Shown here piece by piece: positions 1 through 9,892 of a stretch of 36,299 nt of DNA. The DNA is taken from NCBI GenBank assembly GCA_001275005.1, contig JWZX01002794.1:1-36299 (forward strand), in the 5' to 3' direction. The translations under genes and the position numbers were made by a program. Under the pieces are notes generated by a model, which ran no database searches, was not told the origin of the DNA, and saw only the letters and a program-made list of their open reading frames with translations. The DNA is from Chrysochromulina tobinii (taxonomy: Eukaryota). Position 1 is the first letter of the stretch, and the number at the start of each line of letters is the position of its first letter.

Positions 1-200
1 CCGTCGCCGCCAAGTCCATCGCCGCCACCGCCGCCGTTCCCGCCGCCGCCCCGGCCCTCGCCGCCGCCGCCACCGTCCCCGCCGCCGCCGTCCCCTTCTC
101 GGCCGCCACGGCCCTCGCCGCCGCCGCCGCCACCCTTGCCTTCGCCGCCCTCGCCACCCTCGCCGCCCGCGCCGCCCGCGTCGCCGCCCTCGCCGCCCTG
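1..200 (+). repeat. (CCG/TCG)n low-complexity coding repeat (poly-Pro/Ser-Pro)
   Basis: Run of ccg/tcg/cca triplets visible directly. Confidence 0.85.
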
Positions 201-1254
201 GACGATCGCAACCCCCGCTCGCCAAATCATTTCCTCGGTGTCCTTGCACGTAGCTAACGCGTCACCGTACGAGCGGCTTGCCTTCTATTGCGTGATGCTC
301 CTCGGCCTCGGGGTCCTCGCGCGCATGCTCGTGCTATGCGGCGATGCCCAACGGGCTGGCCTCCAGGCCTACGACTCGAAGCGGCTTCGCGGCGCAACCT
401 TTACAGAGGCCCGCGCCGCGTCGTTCTTCGCCCAGTGCGCCACCCTCGCAGCGGCATTCGACGTTTGCTGCCTGCCCTGCACCATCTGGACTTGGCTCAT
501 AGCCGAGTCTCCTCGGCGCGTCTATGAGCGCTTTGGCGGGGGCGATGAGGAGGACGGCGCGAGAGAACTCTCGTGGCGCGCGGGACGCATGGCGGCCATC
601 TCAGGTGCGCCACCACGTCCGCGACGCCCCCCAGGCTCTCCAACGCCCCACAAAATCACGTCGCGCCCCACTATCGAGGGCGTACCAGCCACCGTCAAGT
701 CCGGGGGTGCGTGGAGCATGGCGGCGGGCGCGTGGAACGTGAACACCGTCCTCACTCTGCTCGAGCCCGGAGAGAAGAGCCCCTCCCTATCGCCCTCCGA
801 GCACGGCAAGACACCTGGCGGCGCCGTGGCGCCGCCGCCTGTCCCGTTGCCGCGGGACTCGTGGCTCTACAATGGTGAGCCATGGGCTATGCGGCGAGTG
901 CAGCTGCCCAGACCTCCTGCCACGCTGCCGCCGCTCTCTCCAGAGGTCTCGCCCGGCCGAACGGAAAGGATGGTGCTCGCGTTCTCCACGCCGTCGCAGC
1001 CACCGGCCGCGCTGATGAGCGCGCCTGTCGCCGAACAGCCGGGCGGCCTGGCGTGGTTTGAGTCGTGGAGTGGAGCTCTGGGGGCCTTGACCCAACCGTA
1101 CACCCCGGCGCCCAGCCGGTACGTCCTGGAGTCGGATGCGCAACCCATCCAGCAGCCGACCATCAAAGAGCGTGCGCGGCGGCTGGAGCAGAATTTCTGG
1201 AAGACTCCGAAACGCGAGGAGGAGGGCGAGGGGGATTCGGCGCTCAACGCCTGA
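1..1254 (+). CDS. Ser/Pro-rich (extensin/HRGP-like) membrane protein, 5'-partial
   Basis: Frame 1 is open from base 1 (PSPPSPSPPPPPFPPPP...) into ORF 136..1254. A hydrophobic helix (LAFYCVMLLGLGVLARMLVLC) follows the Pro tract, then a Cys-rich stretch (FDVCCLPCTIWTWL) and a disordered tail. The true start lies upstream of the window. Confidence 0.65.
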   Translation, partial: PSPPSPSPPPPPFPPPPRPSPPPPPSPPPPSPSRPPRPSPPPPPPLPSPPSPPSPPAPPASPPSPPWTIATPARQIISSVSLHVANASPYERLAFYCVMLLGLGVLARMLVLCGDAQRAGLQAYDSKRLRGATFTEARAASFFAQCATLAAAFDVCCLPCTIWTWLIAESPRRVYERFGGGDEEDGARELSWRAGRMAAISGAPPRPRRPPGSPTPHKITSRPTIEGVPATVKSGGAWSMAAGAWNVNTVLTLLEPGEKSPSLSPSEHGKTPGGAVAPPPVPLPRDSWLYNGEPWAMRRVQLPRPPATLPPLSPEVSPGRTERMVLAFSTPSQPPAALMSAPVAEQPGGLAWFESWSGALGALTQPYTPAPSRYVLESDAQPIQQPTIKERARRLEQNFWKTPKREEEGEGDSALNA

Positions 1255-1746
1255 GGCAAGAGACGCTCCGCGACTGAGCGTCCATGTGGGAAAGCGTCCA
1301 GAGCCTCCATGACTAAGATTGGCGCCGTGCGAAAGGGAGGAGAGCAGTCCGTGTGTGCGCGCCCGCCGGTGTGCGGTGCGTGTAAAGCCGAATCCGACAC
1401 TGAGTGTGAAGTCATGAAGTGCCGGCGCATGTTTGTCAGATGCTCTCGTGTTTGTCAGTGCGTGACCGCGGTGGCCGGTGCGGATCATGCCATGTGAGTC
1501 GCGATGCGGGTCCGGCCGCGCCGGTCCGACGAGATCGCGCAGCATAGCGCCGGCACAGGGCCGCGCCGCTCCGTGCGTGCGTTGCCAAGCATGTTTACGT
1601 CTCAGACAGAATAAAAACTGTAAAACTTCCTTAGTGTTACTACGTGCGAGTCCTCACGGTCACGAGGCCACGACACGCACACAGACTTCTCGCCTATGTG
1701 CGAACCACGGATGCACCGGGGTTTTGTACATGTCATCGACCACTCC

Positions 1747-2175
1747 TCACTGAGCAAAGTCAAAATCGAGCGCCACCAATTCGGCTTCGACACGCTCGCG
1801 CTGCCCGGCATCAACCATCATGAGTAATGTCTCGCGCTGCTTCGAAGAGCGGAAGATGCCCAGCAATTCCCCGAGCGTCATCGGCGTGTTCTGTTTTAGA
1901 AAGTGCTCCGATATCTTCTTGCACGTCTGACGCCCGAGGTGCTGGCACACCTTGTGTGCTGGGCTAGCCAAATGTGGCGCACGCCCAGCGGATGGTGTGC
2001 TCGTTAGAGACGATGGCTGACCGCGCTGCTCCTTGGCAGCAGTTGCAGATCGTGCATCGTCCGCAATCAGCTGCGCCGCCATCACGGCGTCGTCCTCTTC
2101 CTGCAGCTGGCGTGCAAGAGCAAGCGAAAGTTCATCTAGCATGGAGGGCAGCGGATCCGATGAGGAGCCTGCCAT
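1747..2175 (-). CDS. Hypothetical 142-aa protein with possible ubiquitin-binding (MIU/UIM-like) helix
   Basis: ATG-started ORF. DELSLALARQLQEEDD resembles the D-x2-LA-x2-LQ-x-EE ubiquitin-binding helix, and the C-terminus looks globular and helical. Confidence 0.5.
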   Translation of the reverse strand: MAGSSSDPLPSMLDELSLALARQLQEEDDAVMAAQLIADDARSATAAKEQRGQPSSLTSTPSAGRAPHLASPAHKVCQHLGRQTCKKISEHFLKQNTPMTLGELLGIFRSSKQRETLLMMVDAGQRERVEAELVALDFDFAQ

Positions 2176-2320
2176 TGCAAACGACGCTGCGCTCGCGTCT
2201 CAGCTCTCGGGGTCACGCATCGCCTATGACGGCGCTGCGAAATCATGAACGTGTGAATGGTCCATGTGAATGATGAAGGGGTTACCGACGTCTTTTGCGA
2301 TTGTCACCGCACTCCCTCTG

Positions 2321-5300
2321 TCACATGGTCGACAACACATGGCCCACCTCTCCTCGGCCGCTCGTAATTCGGCCGCAGCTATCGACGGGCGCGCCGTCGA
2401 TGCTCCACGCGCTCTCCTCGTTCGCGGCGCACGCGTTCAGCGCAGGCTCGCCGCCGGCCACGCCGCCGGCCAGCGCACCGCCGTCGGGTGCCGGCGCAGT
2501 GGCGCCTTCGGGCAGTGCCACGATTGGGTAGTGCACTGCAAACGAGATGTCCTCAGGGTAGGGGGCTCCAGGAACCTGCTCCGTGGCAGCTAGGGCGTAC
2601 GTCAGAGGAAGCCACACGAAGCCCTGCGAATCCTTCCGGTACCAGAGGTCCTTGGCGCCCTTGATGTTCTTCGCGCCGCTCGCCCGAACGGCCTTCCGGT
2701 GTTGCGCGACCCAGCCGGCAAGCTTCTTGGCGCTCTTGCCTAGACGTACCTCGATCACCGTGCGGCACTTGCGCGAGGGGCGCAGGGCCGCGTGCGCGGC
2801 CGTGAGCGCTGCGGCGCATGCCTCGGAGGAGAGGGCGGCGGGCGTGCGGCAGACGGGCTCACCGGCACCATCGGCGTCAACGGCCACCGCCGCCGCCGCC
2901 GCCGCCGCCGCGCCCCCGACTGAAGCGTCCGCGACGGCGCCCGCCTCGACGGCTACACCATTGGTACTGTTGCCCTCAGCCTCGGCTGCAGAGACCGCAC
3001 GCGGTGGCGGCAGCGGAGGTTCAGAGCAGAGCACCGCCGCGCGCGAGTGAACGCCATACGCCCGGAGCACGGCGGCCATCACCAAGGCAAAGTCCTCCGA
3101 CGACGCTGAAGGCGAGCGAGCGCGAGCGAGTGGGTACGTCTCATTCGACGCGAGAAGCGACGTCAGCGCCGCCTGGCGATCGATGGGGGTCAGCAGAAGC
3201 ACGCGCCGGCGCCGCTCCGCCCGCAGCGCGGTCGCCCGTGACAGCGCGAGCTCCGCCTCGAGGGTGGCGTTCACAGGCGCCGCCTGGGCCGCACGCGTGG
3301 CGTCAGCGGCTGCCGTTGCGTTCGCCGCCTCCGCGGCCGCTTTGGCCACGCGTGCGGCCTCTGCGAGCGTACGCCGGTAGTCGACGATCGCATCGAGCAC
3401 CCAGATCGTGCTGGCCGCGGTGAGAGAGTGGGAGTCGAGAGAGAGGAGCTGCAAATACTCGATGAGGACCTCATTGTCGCTCATGGTCGCTGGTACCTCA
3501 TAACCGGCAAGCGCTCTCGCCACCAGATCACTCAGCGCGATCGGGGGCGAGGCGGCCTGGGCGGGTGCGTCGGCGCTCCCACCTAGCGATGGCGCACCCG
3601 TCGTGAGTGCCTCGCGCTCATTCTCGATCTCGGCGAGCAAATGTGCGCGTGCGGCCGACGTGGCGTCCTGAATGCCCTTCTGGCGCCGCCACTCAGCAAC
3701 GGCCTCGTGAATCGCCGCAGCGCAGCCTGCGCGCGTCACGACCTTGCCTTCGGTGGCGGCGGCCGAAGCGTCTCCCGAGACGACGGTGGGAAGTGTAACG
3801 GCCCCCGTGGCAGACACCTGTACAGCTTCGATCACCTCAGCGGTTTCATTGGCCGCTTCGATCGCATTCACGAGGCCGAGCGACTCGATGAGATCTGCCG
3901 CGACCTCATCCTGCGAGCGCGCCATCTCGATGTCGGAGTGGAGCAGTAGATCAACGATCAACTCACGCACATCGGCGACTTCACTCGCGTTGAGCGCCAG
4001 CCGGCGGCGGCCGCCGCCCTCAGCACCCTCACCACCCTTAGAGCCCCCCTCGCCCTCGCCCTCGACGTAGCTGCCGTCCTCAGACACATGCCCTCCACCC
4101 TGGTCAAGCTCCTCTCCCTCCCCGCCGCCCTCTCCCTCCCCGCCGCCCTCCCCCTCCCCCCCGCCCCTCTCCCTCCCCGCCCCCCGCGCCTCCCCCCTGC
4201 TTGGGCGGTTGCACGAGGAGCAGCCCTCGCAGCTCGGCCACCGACAGGTTGAAGAATCGCTCGAGGATGAGCGCGCGCGTCTCGTGTACCTGCTGCGTGA
4301 GGAAGGCCTTGTGCGCGCGAGGCATCGTGCGCTCGGTGGCCGTCCCCGCCAACAACTCGTGAACGACATCGGAATCTTCCATGTCGAGAGGAATAGCAAA
4401 GGCGGACAGCGTCTCGTTCAGTACGACCGCGAGGCGAGTGACGAGAGGTGTGGCGGCTTCGCCAGCCTCGGCGCCCTCGACGGCCGCCCCGCCCGCCCCG
4501 CCCGTCCCGCCCTCCCCACCCTCGGCCTCTGCCTCTCCGACCACATCGATCCCATCGCTCTCGGCGTCGGCCGATGATGCCGTTGCCGCCGTCTCGGACC
4601 CAGCCTCCGCTTCGTCCGCCACCTGCGACTCGGCGTCAACTGCCTCTCCCGTCGGCTGTTCAGCCACCTTCTCCGCGCCCTCCGCTTCGAGCGTCGTGGC
4701 GGCGGGCGGCACTTGCCCCGTGAGACCCTCTAAGTGCGTCTTCTGCAGCTCTTGCAGTACTGTGCCGAGCCTCGCAAGCGCTTCGTGCGCCACGCGATGC
4801 GACTCGCGATGCGCCGCCACGGTGCCGAGCAGGCGCTCGCGCGGCATGCGCGCCATGGTAGACGCCTGCTGCGGCGTGAGCGTGCGGATGATGGCTTTGA
4901 GGACATCCCTATCGGAGAGCGTCGAGGCGAAGTCTGTGCGTGAGAGTGCGTCAGAGAGCAGCCGCTCCATCTCCGTCGCCTCCTCCTCCGTCACCTGCAT
5001 CACCTCCGCGCCACCGGCGCCGCCGCCACCCTTAGCCCTCAGGTTGCCCACAGAAGGCGGGCTCATGATGTCGCGCAACTTGGCATGCCAGGTGTCCGCG
5101 ACGTGCTGGTAGAGCTTGAGAAGCTCCATCGGTCCGAGCTTGCGTGCCGCGGGCGACGCCGTCAGGTTGGTGGCGGCGACGAGTGACGAAATGTACGCGG
5201 TCTCGGCGTGGTTTGCGGGCGAACCGAAGCTGGTGGCGGCGAAGAGAACACGCCCGTGCGTGCTCATCACGAGCGACGCGGGCAGCGGCGGCGGCGGCGC

Positions 5301-6227
5301 CTCCCACTGTCCATAGTGCGCTAGCATACTTCCACAGAGGAGCAGCGCAATGAGCGCAGCCCGCGGGCCGAGCGCCATCTTGGGCGCGGCGATCCCGCCC
5401 TTGGCAATTGCAGTGGGCGCGGGCCCGGCCGCCGTGGTCTCGGCCGCGGGCTCGGACGACGGCGGCGGCGCCGCGGCCGCCGCCGACGACGACGCTGACA
5501 CCGACGTCGACGCCGACTCCGGCAGCGGAGATGGAAGGAGGTCGAGACACTCGAAGAGAACTCCGACCCCAATGCCGACACAGAGCTGGAGGGCCGCGCC
5601 GGCGCCATACACGACGGCCACACCGAGGGCCACCACGTAGGGCAGTAGGTTGCCAAACGGCACGAAGGGCGCGCCGCCCAAGGCGATCAGCGTCGCAGGC
5701 GGCAGGCTGCTCGCGACGTACAGCAGGAAGAGGGCGACTGCACCAAGCTGGAAGGCGGCACCCTCGGCGGGGCGCGCGAGCCCAGCGGCAGCGAGCAGGC
5801 CGATACCAATGGCCATGCATGCGGCATACAGCAGCGAGCCGGAGAGCGGCAGCGGCGAGCGCTCGGCCGCTGCTGTGTACTGGCAGCAGCACACGTGTTC
5901 CAGCGTGTATGAGGCGCATGCTATCGCCTGCACGCGCAGCGCGAAGCTGAATGTGAGGCCGTCACCGTAGCAGAAAGCGCCGAGCAGCCGCCACGGCTCG
6001 GCCGCCGCTTCTGCGAGCGATGAGGGCATGGAGATGGCCGCGGGCGTCAGCCGCTGTGCTTGCACGAGAGCGGTGATGGCGATGCACAACGTCAGGTAGA
6101 GGCGAGTCACAAGAAAGGAGCCAGCGGTGATGCGCGTCGTGACGGCGGCGCTGGTAGCGGTAGCGTTGCTAGTGGTATCCGCTGCTACCGTCGCTGGCGA
6201 TTTTGATTGGGCAGGACCGCGTCCCAT
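2321..6227 (-). CDS. Derlin (Der1-like rhomboid pseudoprotease) fused to a long domain ending in an inactive transglutaminase-like fold; ~1301 aa after correcting one frameshift
   Basis: ATG at 6227 (MGRGPAQ). Derlin motifs: VTRLYL, EPWRLL (WR motif), LLPYVV, VGIGVG (TM6 GxxxG). ORFs 4104..6338 and 2321..4399 join if one C is removed from the run at 4164-4167; sister units of the GEGEGG repeat read gccctctccc, this one reads gcccctctccc. C-terminal motifs SSEDFALVMAAVLRAYG, RTVIEVRLG, YRKDSQGFVWLPLTY and VPGAPY resemble prokaryotic transglutaminase-like domains. Confidence 0.7.
4105..4200 (-). repeat. 18-nt G/A-rich coding tandem repeat (GEGEGG)n containing the suspected frameshift
   Basis: Units of ggggagggagagggcggc are repeated about 4 times on the minus strand. 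Confidence 0.8.
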
Positions 6228-6376
6228 GTCGCGCGAGCGATAGACGAGGCGATCTGGCGTCTCGAGCTCTGAGGAGCCCCTGTGCAACTGTGAACAGGTT
6301 TCGATATATTCCCAGTCGCGGGTCCTCTTCCCGTTCACGTGGTTTTCTCAATTTGTGTTCACTCGCGACGGGATTC
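6228..6376. promoter_or_regulatory. Probable bidirectional promoter between the Derlin fusion and the zinc-finger gene
   Basis: Head-to-head ATGs are only ~150 bp apart, and the spacer is locally more AT-rich. Confidence 0.45.
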
Positions 6377-7118
6377 ATGGACGACCCCATCGACGTCGTC
6401 ATCGTGACGAGATCACTCAACGACATAGACAGGCGCGAGCCGCGTGATTGAGTGAACACCTCAGCAAACCATCATCTTCCCCATCGCCTTCGCACTGACC
6501 AGATCAAGTTCGATTCCCGCGCTCACCAGCCGCATCGCCGCTCTGGAGGCAGAACTTGGTGACAGTGAAGATGCTAGCGACGACGCGGACGAGGACGATG
6601 AGGATGTGAACGGGCACGAGGAGTCCAGCCGCGCGGATGTCGCTGCAGGCGCGTCGCGTGGCAAACGGCGCAAGACGGATGCTGCTGTTGAGGCCACCGA
6701 CGCCGACCTGCCGCTGCATTGCGAGGCATGCAACATCAGCGTCACGTCGCAAGAATTGATGCGTGAGCACCTGCAGGGTCGCAAGCACGTTGCGGCCGTA
6801 CGCCTGCAAGCAGCTCGCGCAGAAAGCCGATATTGCGACATCTGCGCGCTCGAGTTTACGGGCGAAACGCAATTGACTGAGCACCTCAAAGGACGCAAGC
6901 ATAGCGACAAGGCGGCGGCCGCGGCAAGGCGGGTTTGCCTCCCGGCGCAGACGAAGGCGACGCGTGCTAGTGGGGCGGGCTCTAGCAGTTCGACGGGAGC
7001 CCAGCCAGCAGCGGTGCAGATGGTGGTTTTGCCTTTGCACGGGAAGAGGAAGGCGCCGAAAAAGAAGAAGCAGAGTTGGATCGCTTCGGTGATGAGTCGC
7101 GGGAGGCAAGCGGAGTAG
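6377..7118 (+). CDS. Protein with two matrin/U1-type (JAZ/ZNF346-like) C2H2 zinc fingers, ~223 aa
   Basis: Exon 1 6377-6432 (MDDPIDVVIVTRSLNDID), GC-AG intron 6433-6502 (gcgcga...ctgaccag), exon 2 6503-7118 in frame. Fingers are HCEACNISVTSQELMREHLQGRKH and YCDICALEFTGETQLTEHLKGRKH. The C-terminus is uncertain because a plausible alternative frame continues past 7118. Confidence 0.8.
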
Positions 7119-7518
7119 AGCACCCGGGCGAGCTGCAGCTCCACCCGCCAACGGCAACAACCGAAACTGCCGCCGCAGCAGCCGCATGCCGCAGCAGCAC
7201 CCGTAGCGAGAGCACAGAGCACTATCACGTAGTCACTTACGCATAGAAGGTACTAGGAGAGTGGGACTCAGAGAGGGCGATGCGAGAGCGCATGGTGCTT
7301 CAAGTATGGTCCGGGGTTGCGCGTTGCGGCCAGCCCGGAACTCGGCTCGAGAGTTTAGGGGACGGTCAGGAGGCTAGCCAGTCGACGTTTGGCTTATTCG
7401 AAGCTCGCGCCCGTCGGTGGCCGTCGTCACGAAAGACCGGGCGGAGCGCAGCCGAAAGCGTCGTACCGAGCATTTTTGTTGCCACGAGACGCTCATTGCT
7501 GGGAAACATGACGGGCTG

Positions 7519-8781
7519 ATGTCGACGACGCTGCGCGACCTGCGTGACGACGAGGAGGAGGAAGAGAACCAGGAGGAGGGCGAAGGCGAGGGCGAGGAGT
7601 CAGAAGATGACGACTACGTGCCGCCCGAGAATGAGGAAGACGACAGCGCTGAGGAGCAGGACGATGCGTATGATGAGGACATCGTAGAGGTGGGCGGCGT
7701 GAGCGCGAGCCGAGCGGTGGGCTCGGCAAAGTCGGGCGCCAAAGCCGCCAAGGGTGCTGGCACGAAGCGAGCGGCGAGTGCAAAAGGCGCCGCAAAAAAG
7801 GGCGGTTCCAAGCGGCCTCGCAAGGGTGGCATTGTTGACGAGGACGAGGAGGAGGCAGCCACTGCCTCGACTGAAGCACCGAATACCGCAGCCGCGGAGG
7901 AGTCGCCCGCGATACCCGCGCCCGCGCCCGCCACGAGCAAGGTGGACGAGCTGTGGGCGGAGCTGCAGAGCACGCAAAGCAGCGCAGTCGCTGCAGTGCC
8001 GAAGCCCAAGCCCTCCGTTAGTAGCAGCAGCGGGCTCGACGTCAAGGCACTGCTCGCGAAAACGTCGGGCGCGTTGTCCTCGTACACCAAGGACGACCGC
8101 CTCGTCGAGATCCAGCAGAAGGTCGACTTTTGCGGCGAGGAGGTCCTCGTGACCAAGCGCGTCAAGGTGGGCTCGAAAGAAGAGGTCGCCTATCGCCAGG
8201 GCGGCGCGGGCAGCGCGCAGGGGCCAGCGGCTGCAGCGGCCGTGGCCGGCGTGAGCGCGGCCAAGGCCGCGTCACTGGGCGTCGGCGTGGTCGCCGCTGC
8301 CGCCGCCAGCGCAGCGGCGGGCAAGGCAGTAGCGAGCACGAAGGATTTGGTCGCGTCGGCGCTGGCCGCATCAGCTGATCTGAAACGTCAAATGCTCGGG
8401 GCACCGACGGCTGGCGTACCGGCACCCTCGACCGGTGTGCCCTCGACCTCGCTCGCCGGTGCGCTGCGCTTCGATTCGTCCCTCGAGTTCAAGGCGGCGC
8501 TCCCGGCGCCCAAGCTGCCCGCCCTCGCGGCCGCGAAGCCGACGGGCTTGCAAGGTCTTCTCGCAAGCATCGATGGGAAAAAGAAGCTTTCCACGATGGA
8601 GAAGTCGCGCCACGACTGGGGGCAGGCCAAGGAGAAGCTGGACGTGCACACGCGCGACGAGATGGAGCGCTTCGCCAAGGACGGCTACCTCGCCAAGCAG
8701 GAATTCCTAGCGCGCACCGACCAACGTCAGGCGGAGGTGGCGCGCTCGAACCGGCGAAAGGGGATGGGCCTCAAGGACTGA
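7519..8781 (+). CDS. CFDP1: BCNT / craniofacial development protein 1 / Swc5 homolog (SWR1/SRCAP complex)
   Basis: ATG at 7519. Acidic N-terminus with the EDDDYVP motif, IQQKVDFCGEEVLVTKRV, and the BCNT-C domain KKKLSTMEKSRHDW...KDGYLAKQEFLARTD. Confidence 0.92.
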   Translation: MSTTLRDLRDDEEEEENQEEGEGEGEESEDDDYVPPENEEDDSAEEQDDAYDEDIVEVGGVSASRAVGSAKSGAKAAKGAGTKRAASAKGAAKKGGSKRPRKGGIVDEDEEEAATASTEAPNTAAAEESPAIPAPAPATSKVDELWAELQSTQSSAVAAVPKPKPSVSSSSGLDVKALLAKTSGALSSYTKDDRLVEIQQKVDFCGEEVLVTKRVKVGSKEEVAYRQGGAGSAQGPAAAAAVAGVSAAKAASLGVGVVAAAAASAAAGKAVASTKDLVASALAASADLKRQMLGAPTAGVPAPSTGVPSTSLAGALRFDSSLEFKAALPAPKLPALAAAKPTGLQGLLASIDGKKKLSTMEKSRHDWGQAKEKLDVHTRDEMERFAKDGYLAKQEFLARTDQRQAEVARSNRRKGMGLKD

Positions 8782-9892
8782 CCATATGAGGCCCGACCAG
8801 CGTTGGTCGAGGGCGATGGCGCGGGCATGGCACACGCGAGATGGGCAGCCCTGTCCCACGTCCTGCGAGGCATGCAGGGCGGTGATCGCTCGAGCGTGGC
8901 ATGGCCATGGGGCCCTGTTGCCAGGCATGGCGAGACGAGGCCCGTCGATCGGACGCCTCGGATGGTGGATGGTCGGCAGGCGGCAGCGCCGTCCATAACC
9001 ATCCTATTAGGAGCGCGATGAGGCTCAAGCGGCCAAGGCGTGCAGGGCGTATTATCGTGAGTCGAGCGCGTCTCACATCGCTCGATCGCAGCGTCGCCGG
9101 AGCGAACACCACGCAACACGCATGACGTCGCGACACGGAGGCGCGCTGCGCTCCGAGCGTGGACGTGAACACGTGATAAGCTGATAACGAGCCCGGCCGG
9201 CGGGGTCGCGCGACCGGACGCAACCGTCGCGCTTCGAGTTATGCGTACAGTACGACAGATTCCGAGTAGATTGCTGATGTATTCACAGCCCATTCACAGA
9301 AACCATTCACAGGAAAAGCGTCCGCGAGGAGCTCCTCGTCCGCCGCGCTCACGAGGACCGTCGCTCTACGTGCTCAACGTGCGTCGGTGCGACCGCTGCA
9401 CGCGCACACCGCACCGCCTTCGCACACGGAATAGATCGAGTCCGCTCCCTGGTAGGTGCTTTCTTCCACGGAGCCCGCGGGCACTTGTGCATCTCAGGGA
9501 GCACACATGCCCTTGCCCCTGCGCCTCCCTTCGTCTCTCTCACGACTATGGTTTTTTCCGCGTGATCTTTTCGCAGTCGCGCGCCAACAAAAGTCCGCCT
9601 CCATCCTCTCCGCCCCCGCGCGCTTCGCCGCCACGTGACTGCCCAATCCTGAGACCCCGAGCTGTGGGCTGCCTCTCTCGAGGGCACATGCGACTCTCCA
9701 TTCGCGATGAGCTTCGGAACCACACTCCGCACGCGATTCCCCTCATCCTCGCGACACGCTGTTGGTTGTTGCATGTCTGCATCGAGACCCTTGGATCGCC
9801 CTTCAGCTTGCAGCCTCGTGTGGTCCCATATCCCCATGCTGCCGAATACACACGCTGCCTAAGCCTCTCTTCTTCTCTCTTTTGTTCGCAGG

